Shown here one piece after another: positions 55,384 to 64,000 of a stretch of 64,000 nt of DNA. Made by a program: the position numbers and the translations under genes. This DNA is from a virus (Duplodnaviria; Caudoviricetes). Location of the stretch: the IMG/VR virus record IMGVR_UViG_3300011116_001007, one strand, 5' to 3'. Positions within the stretch are counted from its first letter, which is position 1, and each line of letters opens with the position of its first letter. The notes under the pieces were generated by a model. The model ran no database searches. It was not told the DNA's origin and was given only the letters and a program-made list of their open reading frames with translations.

Positions 55384-57259
55384 TCAGCATCCTTTCTGCC
55401 AGCATGCTGTGCCCAACAGGTCCAGCATGCATGCGATCTCTAGCATATCCAACTTCTTCTCTTGGTTTTGCCATGTGATCAAGCACATCATATACAAAAC
55501 ACGGAATATCAAGTTCGGCACATATGGCTTTTATTGCCAACTTATTTTTTTTGTAATTCAATCTGGAATTTTCGTCCATGGTATGCCAGTGTTTTAAAAA
55601 ACTATCAATTTCAGTTGTGCTGTGTGATTCACCTTGTGGTAGATAGTTTTCAACAGGCGGATAGCCCACCGCTTTTATCAATTCAAATCTAGCGGGCGGT
55701 GGTGCCAACACAAACACTGCTTTGGGTTTTAGTTTTGGAATCCAATATTCTGCCAGTCTAAAACAAGTGTCAGCTGATGCTCCGCCCCAGGCCATGGTGT
55801 ACGGAACCAATCCCAATTGTTTGCCCACTATCTGTGGCCAAGTGCTGTCAAGCGGTAGTCCTATGCCAATGGTAAAACTACAGCCCAGGGCCAGCATGCA
55901 GTCTTGATCATCAAACTCAGCACAACGAAATCCATAGCTGTTGATATCATATGTGATGGCACCGGGTTCCAACCAGCCATTATTTTTGAAATATTCGTGG
56001 TATTCAGGAACTTCGCAGAGTTTTTCAAAATTTTCTTTGCTGTCTGGCGGCATAAACTCTCGGGTGGTATTGACATAATATGCTTCAGGATTTGTAGAGG
56101 CTCCTGGGTGCCAGGGGGAATTTTTAAATTTTTGTGTCATTGTGTTTTTTTGAAAAGGATTTTGTAAATTATCAACAACGTGCTTGACATTGTCCAACAT
56201 TGATAAATGCCAATTGGTATTCATCAGCAACTGATAATTATGATCTATTGTGCTCTCAATCTGTTTTTGAACTGTCAATTGATCCATGTTGCATAATTTT
56301 TCAACCTGTTCAAAAGCAGCGGCCCATCTTTGTTTGTCATCAATGATGTTATCATAACTTTCATCTATCACATTGCCAAATGTTCGAAATCCCAACTTTT
56401 GCAAGTTGTTTAAAAAGTTGTAGCCGGAAAACACCACAAACAATCTTTTGGCCAACAGTGCTTTGGCTATTTTTTCTGTAAAAAAACTATACTCATTGAA
56501 TGCGTTGGTTTCGGTTATTATGCTATAGGCACACTGATTGTAGATGGTAATTGGAACTATCAGACTTACTTTTAAGTTTTCGCCCAGGTAATTCACGTTG
56601 GTAACCGAGCTCCAAAATGATGACGCAAATTCTACTTCGGGTTCCCAATGGTATTTTGAAACTGTATCCTGGCCTGGCCGAGCACCGTAGGTCATAAGAA
56701 ATTTTTCTCGATTGTTGCTGGCATTCACAGCGTCAAATACAAAATCTCTAAAAGGTCGACTCAGTCCAAGTAATGCATCAAAGTAAAAAGGTTTGTGCTC
56801 ATGATACGTGAGTTCATGCAGTTTGTGATTTAATCTTTGTTGATAAGGTTCAAGTTGATAGTGAAATTGAACGTTGTAGGGCAAAATATTAATTGCAGAA
56901 GTAACGCAAGCAGTTGGATATACTGGCAATATCCAATAGATGTTGGATTGATTGTGTATCTTTAAGATGTCAAGATGATATGCGTGAAATTCATTGTCAA
57001 GCGCAAAAACTGCTTCACTGCAATATTTGGTCTGTTCAATTTCCTGGCAAAATCGTGTGCCGTTGACCATTTGCTCATGATGGTCTTGATCATTTTTTGG
57101 TGGATCAAATTGATTGATACAATTTATAAATGCCAGTTTTCTAACAGCATCTGAGTTCACATACTGATCAATTGATCTAAAAATTTCATACGGTTGAACA
57201 AACTTGCAATGTTCAATTATTTCATCTGTCACTATATTGTTACTGTAGATTGCTAACAT
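55364..57259 (-). CDS. two-domain protein: glycosyltransferase-like N-domain plus SGNH-like C-domain
   Basis: N: SIITET...FTEKIAK...LGFRTF...IDESYD; C: LGCSFTIG, MAWGGAS and HAGPVGH; possible internal start at MTQKFK near 56140. Confidence 0.6.
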   Translation of the reverse strand: MLAIYSNNIVTDEIIEHCKFVQPYEIFRSIDQYVNSDAVRKLAFINCINQFDPPKNDQDHHEQMVNGTRFCQEIEQTKYCSEAVFALDNEFHAYHLDILKIHNQSNIYWILPVYPTACVTSAINILPYNVQFHYQLEPYQQRLNHKLHELTYHEHKPFYFDALLGLSRPFRDFVFDAVNASNNREKFLMTYGARPGQDTVSKYHWEPEVEFASSFWSSVTNVNYLGENLKVSLIVPITIYNQCAYSIITETNAFNEYSFFTEKIAKALLAKRLFVVFSGYNFLNNLQKLGFRTFGNVIDESYDNIIDDKQRWAAAFEQVEKLCNMDQLTVQKQIESTIDHNYQLLMNTNWHLSMLDNVKHVVDNLQNPFQKNTMTQKFKNSPWHPGASTNPEAYYVNTTREFMPPDSKENFEKLCEVPEYHEYFKNNGWLEPGAITYDINSYGFRCAEFDDQDCMLALGCSFTIGIGLPLDSTWPQIVGKQLGLVPYTMAWGGASADTCFRLAEYWIPKLKPKAVFVLAPPPARFELIKAVGYPPVENYLPQGESHSTTEIDSFLKHWHTMDENSRLNYKKNKLAIKAICAELDIPCFVYDVLDHMAKPREEVGYARDRMHAGPVGHSMLAERMLNDWSKK

Positions 57260-57304
57260 AATTTTATTAATTAAAAAACTTGACTTGACTGTCTAGACTG
57301 GTTT

Positions 57305-57871
57305 TCATTTGGCTGTTAGCCACGAATACGAACTTACTCTTAAAGAGTTAGCAGGTACAGGAGTCAGCATACCGTGCCATTGTAATTTTCTATACCCAGT
57401 TGAATCTGCATTGTTTATCATGAGATATCCTGCGTTTGGAACGGCTTCAACTTGATATCTCAGTGCAGCAGGATTGTTGTAATGATAAAATGCAGTGCCC
57501 AAATTGTCACCGATCCAGGTCATCTGAATAGCGCCTGGCAACTCCCCGTCAGTATGTATTCCGCAAATAAATCCTGGTTCATCAACCCACCAGCCTGTGC
57601 CCGAGTATTGCGCTACCGTACAATCCAGTGCTGTTCCAATCTTGGGCCACAGTTCTTCGCAATAGTCATTCCACTGTTGAATCCATTCTATTGCTGCATT
57701 ATCAATCTTGCGACGTTTTTGATGACCTGGTTGTGGCTGCCAGGGCAGTTTGGCCCAATCAGTGTCAAGGACCTGTTGAACCAGTGATGGTGGAAACAGA
57801 TCCATCACGCGGAACAAGTTTAGGTCTTGATCAACAGCAGTTATTTGCATAAGAATGCCAACTCCGGCCAT
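57305..57871 (-). CDS. 2OG-Fe(II) oxygenase-like protein
   Basis: HTD (HxD), a distal WH and R-x-S. Confidence 0.7.
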   Translation of the reverse strand: MAGVGILMQITAVDQDLNLFRVMDLFPPSLVQQVLDTDWAKLPWQPQPGHQKRRKIDNAAIEWIQQWNDYCEELWPKIGTALDCTVAQYSGTGWWVDEPGFICGIHTDGELPGAIQMTWIGDNLGTAFYHYNNPAALRYQVEAVPNAGYLMINNADSTGYRKLQWHGMLTPVPANSLRVSSYSWLTAK

Positions 57872-58989
57872 AGGCGCTGAAACTCGCCAGCTTTGTCTGG
57901 ATGATATTTGGTTTCATTGTTATGCACATGACGCCAAAAGTCTGTGTCAATTTTGCTAATTTTATCCACACTCAATCTATTGTGATAAGTGGTTAGTGCA
58001 TTGTCAAAAAACTGACGTTCAGCAGGTGTAGCAATGTTCATGGCATAGAATCTTTCAATCTCTGCAATTGCTGCTTGAGCAACTGCTGCACCGTGCAAGA
58101 ATGGATCAAGGTATTCAGGTTGAAACAAGTTTTGCCATAGCACTGTGGTTTTAGTTTGTTCGGCAAATTGTCTTAGTTCACAAATACGTGTGGCATTGTA
58201 CATGTTGTACACTGCATGTATACCACCCCAATGGCCTTGTGTGGTCATCAAGTGTTTGATCTTGGCAAGATTTTCTTTGATCAACGACCAACTGGCTCCG
58301 TGACGCACATACTCCAGTTGTTCACCAGTGTTATCAAAACTCATTGACCAGCCCACCCGGTTTCGTTTGGATAATTTTTGAAATATTTTGTTTTTGTCTA
58401 GATCCACATTCAAGTTTGTGATTAGTGTGACAATGGCATCCTGGGGTATGACATCTAGTAGCCGATCATTTTCTGGCAACAACAGTGGTTCTCCACCAAC
58501 CAAGGCCACCTCGTGTATGTGTTCATAGTGCTGTTCAATAAAGTCGCAGACTGAATCGTAGTAGGGACGAGCACCAGATTTGAATGGAATTCCTTTGATA
58601 CTGGCCCATTTTGAACTGCATGATTCGCCGCAATAATTACAACTTAGATTGCATGTGGTGTTCCAACGTACATCTACTATCACAGGATAATGATATTGGT
58701 TGCCAGCAGTGGCATAATCAAAATTGGGATTCACGTTGTTGTGCCATTGCCGTTCAGAGTCTGCTCCAAAGCGTTCAGCTCGAACACAATTGGAACAATA
58801 GTCGTGCGGCTGACCTTGTGCCAAACTGGCACGTATTTCTGTCATGAGATTGCTGTTCAGTATCTGCTCAATGGTCTGGCTGTTCAAATTGCCCAGCATG
58901 TTGGGATTGCCGGCACAACAAGTTTTAACATTGCCTTGAGGATTGATATGCAAGCCGCGCCAGGGTGCAGCACAGTAGAAATTGGTCAT
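57841..58989 (-). CDS. radical SAM protein with N-terminal SPASM-like domain
   Basis: FYCAAPW...CC...CSNC; CNLSCNYC; VGGEP; TN; SFD; TAAATA 4 nt upstream. Confidence 0.9.
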   Translation of the reverse strand: MTNFYCAAPWRGLHINPQGNVKTCCAGNPNMLGNLNSQTIEQILNSNLMTEIRASLAQGQPHDYCSNCVRAERFGADSERQWHNNVNPNFDYATAGNQYHYPVIVDVRWNTTCNLSCNYCGESCSSKWASIKGIPFKSGARPYYDSVCDFIEQHYEHIHEVALVGGEPLLLPENDRLLDVIPQDAIVTLITNLNVDLDKNKIFQKLSKRNRVGWSMSFDNTGEQLEYVRHGASWSLIKENLAKIKHLMTTQGHWGGIHAVYNMYNATRICELRQFAEQTKTTVLWQNLFQPEYLDPFLHGAAVAQAAIAEIERFYAMNIATPAERQFFDNALTTYHNRLSVDKISKIDTDFWRHVHNNETKYHPDKAGEFQRLWPELAFLCK

Positions 58990-59022
58990 GCAGTATTTAC
59001 GACATGCCTGTTTGGACAGATT

Positions 59023-59838
59023 TTAATCGTCTGCTGCGCCGCATTTGGCACGTTTGGCTCGGGTCAGTGCACCAAAATCCACAGCCCATTCTGTTCCGGG
59101 GTTGAGTTCGCGAGCATTGGCTGGGAAAGCAAACTGCACTCCTGCCATGGTTTGAATTTGACTGACAGGCAATCTAAACTTGGTCAGGTCATTGCCTAAG
59201 TTGGGATATGGTGCAGTGTGTGGGAAAGTCCAACCGGCGATTTCGTGTGTTTGATTGTTGATCACAATCTTGTAAAAGCCATGTGGTACAACCACACCCC
59301 GACCAATCTTCTTGTCAGATGCATCGTAAAAACTGCCTGCAATGACAGTATATGCTTGATTGTGCTGCGCTGCCCAGCCACGCACTGATGTTTCTAGCAA
59401 TTTCCAAATGCCGCGATTCAAGCTGCCAGCTTGTGGACTCATGTTGGTCATCAAGAAACTTTCAAACTCCACCTGTTGATCCCAGCTTAGATCGCCATCG
59501 GGTGCCATGTGCCCTTTGTCAAATCCTGTACCAGCATAATCATCCGGAGTGGCTCCATTTGAGATTAATTGATCTACTGCAAATGCATTGGTACGTGCTA
59601 CACAACCCAGTGCGTTGGGTGGTGTGAGTGTGTATGCCACATAGTTGGGAATTTTGGCCTGTGCGTCATAGGCCACAAGATATGCCTGCCGGCAGATGGG
59701 TTGTAACTGGTGTGCAGTTTTTGCAAATCCATATGGTTGATGCACTTTACACATGGGCAATGGATTGGGAGCTCGTTGCGTCCAAGCCTGTGCTAAATTA
59801 ACGGCTGTGAGTAACAGCACAAACAAAAGTTTTTTCAT
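59023..59838 (-). CDS. secreted DNA/RNA non-specific endonuclease (NucA/Serratia type)
   Basis: Signal peptide MKKLLFVLLLTAVNLAQA; DKGHMAP, TNMSPQ, LNRGIWKLLE and VPHGFYKIV; TATAAATA 4 nt upstream. Confidence 0.92.
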   Translation of the reverse strand: MKKLLFVLLLTAVNLAQAWTQRAPNPLPMCKVHQPYGFAKTAHQLQPICRQAYLVAYDAQAKIPNYVAYTLTPPNALGCVARTNAFAVDQLISNGATPDDYAGTGFDKGHMAPDGDLSWDQQVEFESFLMTNMSPQAGSLNRGIWKLLETSVRGWAAQHNQAYTVIAGSFYDASDKKIGRGVVVPHGFYKIVINNQTHEIAGWTFPHTAPYPNLGNDLTKFRLPVSQIQTMAGVQFAFPANARELNPGTEWAVDFGALTRAKRAKCGAADD

Positions 59839-59850
59839 TGGGTATTTATA

Positions 59851-60456
59851 TTAAGCTATTTGATATATGCCACAAAGATCAAAGTGACTGCCGGTATTGG
59901 TAGCATTAACCGGTGTGTTGTATTTCCAGGCTAGGTCTGTGGTACTGCCAGAATAATACAAGTTATGAATTGTGGTACTAGTATCTATATCTGTAATACC
60001 GGCTATGTGAAAATTTGCCGGGCTACCTGTGCCTGACGTTTGATGCAGGGTACCGTTGGCCATGCGTATGGTCTGAGCTGAAGGAAATGGCAGAGTAATT
60101 CGATAACCCAAAGTACCAAAGTTGGTGCAGGTTGCAAAATCCACATACACTTGAAAATAACACAGAGGACCCATCAGCGTGTATGATGCTGTGGCTGTTG
60201 CACCAGCGGTGGTACCTGATACGTCTGTAAACTGCGGATCGAATGCTGTGGGAGACGAAACTCCAGAACCAAATGCCACCAAGGTCAGGTTACCATTGGT
60301 GTTGCCCACGTAAAGATTGTCAGTGATTTGATCGACTACAAGTTCACCAGGTCTAGCAACCCCATTGTAATTTTGCACAGTGATTTGTGCATTGTCCTTC
60401 ATTGCCGCACGAGATATGCCGGTAATGTTTGCGTATGGTGGGGGTGGATTGGCCAT
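59851..60456 (-). CDS. small tail-fibre/receptor-binding-like virion protein
   Basis: ARPGELVVD...LYVG anchor-like N-terminus; beta-rich C-terminal domain ending in IYQIA. Confidence 0.65.
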   Translation of the reverse strand: MANPPPPYANITGISRAAMKDNAQITVQNYNGVARPGELVVDQITDNLYVGNTNGNLTLVAFGSGVSSPTAFDPQFTDVSGTTAGATATASYTLMGPLCYFQVYVDFATCTNFGTLGYRITLPFPSAQTIRMANGTLHQTSGTGSPANFHIAGITDIDTSTTIHNLYYSGSTTDLAWKYNTPVNATNTGSHFDLCGIYQIA

Positions 60457-60459
60457 GAT

Positions 60460-60486
60460 CTAAATATTCCTCGTTGGAGTATTTAG
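60460..60486 (-). promoter_or_regulatory. late promoter embedded in an inverted repeat enclosing the SD
   Basis: CTAAATA-CTCCAACGAGGAA-TATTTAG-ATC-ATG. Confidence 0.75.
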
Positions 60487-60494
60487 CTGTAGAT

Positions 60495-60875
60495 TCAATA
60501 ACCTTTGAATGCTTTTATGGGACTGACTTTGTCCACAAAGTCTGGTTCAGTGCTGGTAGGAGTAGAAACCAATTTTTTTCCGCCAGGTGTGTTGGTCATG
60601 GCCAATGCTTGGTCAATCACCGATTCTATGCTGTTGTTCATACCGATCACAACGCCATGCTCGCCAAATGCAGTTTCTGCGCTCCATTCGGGAAAATCTT
60701 TGCTGAGTCCATCCTTGCCGGCATCACTTCGTGCTCGTGCCAGGGCCACACCAAATCTGTAATTGCGATAAGGGTCCGCGGCACTGAGTCCAGGAATCAC
60801 ATAGGTATATCGCATGGGGTCTGCGTCCTCGGGTGGCAGATTCTTTTGCTCGGTCACGAACTCTCGGGCTCTCAT
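60495..60875 (-). CDS. putative internal head protein, paralog A
   Basis: MRAREFVTE N-terminus; C-terminal SPIKAFKGY. Confidence 0.7.
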   Translation of the reverse strand: MRAREFVTEQKNLPPEDADPMRYTYVIPGLSAADPYRNYRFGVALARARSDAGKDGLSKDFPEWSAETAFGEHGVVIGMNNSIESVIDQALAMTNTPGGKKLVSTPTSTEPDFVDKVSPIKAFKGY

Positions 60876-61243
60876 CTGTATCCTCGGAATGCTTTTACCG
60901 GACTGACAGTATTGGTGCTGGGTATTTCCAAACTGCGGAGATCGCCGTGGTTGAGATCACTCACATCTGACCCAATGGCTTTGTAGGCCATTTTCAACAT
61001 GTCATGTTCTTCTTTGGTGTAAGGCGCGGCAATGTTCCAGCGTCCAACCCAAGATTCTCCATCAATATCAGGAACAAAAGTTCCATCGGTACTGGCTGTG
61101 GCCATCATGATGCGATTTAGTTCATACACACGATCAGCATGACCTGGATCAACAAATTTGTGCAGGCCCACACTAGCATAACTTTTTGTTTTGCTTAGGC
61201 GGCCAATTTGCTGACCTTCAGAAATAAATTCATTGGCACGCAT
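60872..61243 (-). CDS. putative internal head protein, paralog B
   Basis: MRANEFISE N-terminus; C-terminal SPVKAFRGY. Confidence 0.7.
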   Translation of the reverse strand: MRANEFISEGQQIGRLSKTKSYASVGLHKFVDPGHADRVYELNRIMMATASTDGTFVPDIDGESWVGRWNIAAPYTKEEHDMLKMAYKAIGSDVSDLNHGDLRSLEIPSTNTVSPVKAFRGYR

Positions 61244-61245
61244 GA

Positions 61246-61572
61246 TCAGGTGCCAGTGACCCCTGCTGTGGCCGATGTTGCGCTGCCAATGGCAGTGGCA
61301 GTAAAACCACCTGCGCCTGTTAGGATGTTGAGATAGTTGCCTGCACCCACATAATATTCTTGACTGGAGTTACCAGGCAATGCAATTGCATTGGCATACA
61401 AGTTTCCAGTAGAAGTGCTCATTGCAGCGTTGGTAGGCACGCCATTGGCCTGTATGTAGGTCAATTGCACTGCACTGACTTGGAATGTGACATTGGACAA
61501 TGTGGTGTTGAACTGCACTTTGTCAGTGGTCCACAATACATTTCCTACGGTATTTACAACTTGAATAGCCAT
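61246..61572 (-). CDS. small virion structural protein
   Basis: 108 aa, Thr/Ala/Asn-rich, beta-strand pattern. Confidence 0.7.
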   Translation of the reverse strand: MAIQVVNTVGNVLWTTDKVQFNTTLSNVTFQVSAVQLTYIQANGVPTNAAMSTSTGNLYANAIALPGNSSQEYYVGAGNYLNILTGAGGFTATAIGSATSATAGVTGT

Positions 61573-61748
61573 TATGAGTTATCCTTAGGAACTTCTGTCA
61601 CCACCGGTTGATACAACTGACGTGATTGGTGTAACACACCTGGAATTTCCACAGGTTGTGGTTGCCATCTCGCACTGGCCGGACTGTGCGGATTGTGCTG
61701 TGTGGGTGTGTTGAGATTTTCGTTGTAGGGTTTGTATGACATGGCCAT
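61572..61748 (-). CDS. small hypothetical protein (58 aa)
   Basis: Hand translation MAMSYKPYNENLNTP...; TAATG overlaps at both ends. Confidence 0.6.
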   Translation of the reverse strand: MAMSYKPYNENLNTPTQHNPHSPASARWQPQPVEIPGVLHQSRQLYQPVVTEVPKDNS

Positions 61749-64000
61749 TATCCTTTATAGCGTTTCCACAAATTTTCAGTATCAGTAAAAATACTTTCAT
61801 TTTGTTTTTGTTGTGCCTTCTGCGCCGAGGTATTGCTTGGCACTGCTCTGTTGTTAACTACGGGCATTGCAGGTGGCATTCCGGCCATTTCTCTAATGCG
61901 GCTCAGTTCATCTTGAGCACGCACTGCTGTTACAGGAACTGTGCTTTGACCATTGCCGGCTACATCGTGCTTGGGTTTGTTTACACCGCCGCTGTATCCA
62001 AAGTTATCTTGAGCACGTTCAGTGTTGGTAGGATAATTAGGGCTGTTCATGTCTACCACGTTGTCGCCATAAGTTTCGTCTACCATTTCGTCGCAACCGC
62101 AATCGGACATGCCGCAACCAGCACACACTTCTTCGCCGCCGAACGCTGCACCGCCATGACCTTGTTCAGCTTGACGAATTTGGTCAGCAAGATCATCTTC
62201 ACCATGCGACATATTGTCACCGCCGCCTAGTCCAGCCATTTTCAACATCTGTGCCAACTGTGTAGCATCTTCGTCTGTGGCAGTGATTGTGAGGGTTTGG
62301 CCTGCGCTGCCACCTTCGTTGTTCATGCTCATGCTAATGTTCATGCTTTCGTTGATCTGACGTTCAACTGCACGATCAATGCTGTCATAGATGCCTTTGC
62401 CAAAGCTCATGCTGCCTTTGCCAGCTTTGCCTGAGGTGGGTGCTGTGGCTACAGAACCAGCAGTGGTTGATTCTTCAACTTCTTTTTCTTTCTTGGCTAA
62501 AGGCTTGGTTGACTTTTTTTTACCGCCCATTTCATCTTTGCCCAGGCGACCTGCAACAACATCGCCTCGTGTTACTTTGTCATAAGGTTTGGCGTTGTTG
62601 GCCAAGTTGCCGTCATTGCCGCTGCTTTGTTTGGGTTTTGAGCGTGCTGATTTTTTTTCAGCCAGTTCCATTTCTTCGCCTGACTGATCTTCGGCATCAG
62701 TTTCTTTTTCGCTAGCCAAATAGTCAGCAATGGTCTGCATGTAGTCGCTGGCCAAGCTGAGTTTTTTCTGAACCCATTCTGGCAAGTTGTCGTTGTCGCC
62801 CAACATCTGTTCCAGTTGTTTGGCATTACGCATCATGGTATGGATCTCATTGCGACCCATTGCGCCTTCTTGATCGTATTCGCCTTGATCTGCTGGATCC
62901 TGGTCGCCTTCGCGTGTCATCAATTTGGATTTGCCAGTGTTGATTTTGGCACCAATCTTTGTGCCTTGGCCAGCACCAACTCGGCGTCGTCCCGCGGGAC
63001 CACTTGGTCCATCTGAACCGGCATGGGCATCATGGCCTGCGCCACTGTAGTTGCCTTTTACTGGAGTATGGCGTGTGACTCCCGGTGTGGAGGTATCAAT
63101 TCTACCACCGGTACTTGACAATTTACGGCCACGATCGTCATCTGACCAATCAATATGGCCGCCGCTTTCGTCCATCCCAGCATTGCGTCCGCGACCGCCA
63201 CCTATGGCTTTTTTCATTGCGTCGGCTGCTACATTGCCTAGCATTTCATCAACTTCTTTCTTGGCGCCGGCAATCTTGTCAGCGAAAGTGATCTTGTCAG
63301 CAGGCGGTGCTAATTTAGCAAACGATTTTTGCTTAGGGGTCATTGGCACACCAGCTTCGGGCAAATTGGGTTGTGTATGTGTTCCGTGTGCGTCTTTGAT
63401 ACTGCCTTTGAGGCTGGTAATTTGATCCCTCTTTGGCAGACCTTTTCTTGGTCCTTTTTCTACAGGATTTCCTGTGCCTGAACGACCAAATCCTTTTTTC
63501 AATGGATCTGTTCTGCTGAACTCGTCGCCAACTCCGCCCATTCTGCGTTTTTGTCCTGGATCATTTTTAGGGCGCGCCTTAATTCCGTAGTCGTCATAGC
63601 CGTAGTCCATATCATCGTAGTCGTCACTGTCACCAGGCTTCTGTGTGTACAGTTTGTCTTTGTGTTCAGGCGCACGCCACTTGGCTGCTTCCTTCACTGG
63701 ATATTCTTTGCCGCCTACATGAATTTTTTCACCTGGTTGAACACCGTCGGCTTTGGCTCGGACCACAGCACCTGAGAAAGCATTGCCTTCGTCGGCCATG
63801 CCCATGCTTTCGTCATACTTGTCATAACGATTGCGAATGTTGTTCATGGTAGTATCGCTAGCGTGATTTCTTCCGGCTTTTTGCAGTGCCTTCATACCTT
63901 GATCACCGTATTTCTTTTTGCCAATAGCAGCTTGGAATGCACTTTCATCCATGTCAGCTTCATTGGTTGTTTTTTTAGTTGGAGGTGCAGCACGTGATGC
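61748..64000 (-). CDS. large modular prohead core/internal protein, 5' end beyond the window
   Basis: The frame stays open upstream of the annotated ATG at 63952 (…PPTKKTTNEADMDES); repeated x-x-E sites (VKE, LPE, VDE, MDE, LAE, VEE, INE, IRE); highly charged and low complexity. Confidence 0.7.
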   Translation of the reverse strand, partial: ASRAAPPTKKTTNEADMDESAFQAAIGKKKYGDQGMKALQKAGRNHASDTTMNNIRNRYDKYDESMGMADEGNAFSGAVVRAKADGVQPGEKIHVGGKEYPVKEAAKWRAPEHKDKLYTQKPGDSDDYDDMDYGYDDYGIKARPKNDPGQKRRMGGVGDEFSRTDPLKKGFGRSGTGNPVEKGPRKGLPKRDQITSLKGSIKDAHGTHTQPNLPEAGVPMTPKQKSFAKLAPPADKITFADKIAGAKKEVDEMLGNVAADAMKKAIGGGRGRNAGMDESGGHIDWSDDDRGRKLSSTGGRIDTSTPGVTRHTPVKGNYSGAGHDAHAGSDGPSGPAGRRRVGAGQGTKIGAKINTGKSKLMTREGDQDPADQGEYDQEGAMGRNEIHTMMRNAKQLEQMLGDNDNLPEWVQKKLSLASDYMQTIADYLASEKETDAEDQSGEEMELAEKKSARSKPKQSSGNDGNLANNAKPYDKVTRGDVVAGRLGKDEMGGKKKSTKPLAKKEKEVEESTTAGSVATAPTSGKAGKGSMSFGKGIYDSIDRAVERQINESMNISMSMNNEGGSAGQTLTITATDEDATQLAQMLKMAGLGGGDNMSHGEDDLADQIRQAEQGHGGAAFGGEEVCAGCGMSDCGCDEMVDETYGDNVVDMNSPNYPTNTERAQDNFGYSGGVNKPKHDVAGNGQSTVPVTAVRAQDELSRIREMAGMPPAMPVVNNRAVPSNTSAQKAQQKQNESIFTDTENLWKRYKG

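Noticed and set aside
61585-61800. ORF-track call 61585..61800
   Set aside because: The alternative frame 61572..61748 fits with TAATG overlaps at both ends and is preferred.
1-64000. tRNA, rRNA, integrase, transposase or canonical defence-system genes
   Set aside because: None recognised by eye; intergenic gaps are mostly too short. tRNAscan-SE/Infernal runs would be needed to exclude small RNAs formally.

Overview
This window is a segment of a large lytic myovirus with a distantly T4-like core; the porin and IscU/IscA sequences point to a Betaproteobacteria (Burkholderiales-type) host (inference). Almost all genes are on the minus strand. Recognisable core genes: ATP-dependent DNA ligase (cut by the left edge), class Ia ribonucleotide reductase plus glutaredoxin, gp41-like helicase, gp61-like primase, UvsW, UvsX, UvsY, gp32 SSB, large terminase, PAAR spike and tail-fibre-like proteins. 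Accessory content: a porin cassette, IscA/IscU, two radical SAM enzymes, five dispersed SGNH-like proteins, and an 8.5 kb glycan-modification island with four KpsS/KpsC-like paralogs and four methyltransferases. Two promoter classes are visible: sigma70 TTGAC(A/C/T)-17-TA(T/A)(A)(A/C)T and a T4-late-like TAAATA. Many sit so close to the start codon that the mRNAs should be leaderless. The most unusual observations are: (1) a 3'-terminal hairpin whose apex is exactly complementary (10 nt) to the ribosome-binding site of the AAA ATPase gene 1.2 kb upstream in the same transcript, next to a small membrane peptide; (2) a fusion of a Pol-beta/PolX-like nucleotidyltransferase with a ligase-like KxDG domain, probably head-packaged; (3) a 192-aa miniature C-family (DnaE) polymerase core keeping all three catalytic aspartates; (4) large head proteins built from cassettes bounded by prohead-protease-like sites; (5) an 11-bp iteron-like array. 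No tRNA, rRNA or CRISPR array was recognised. All assignments come from reading motifs by eye, without database searches.
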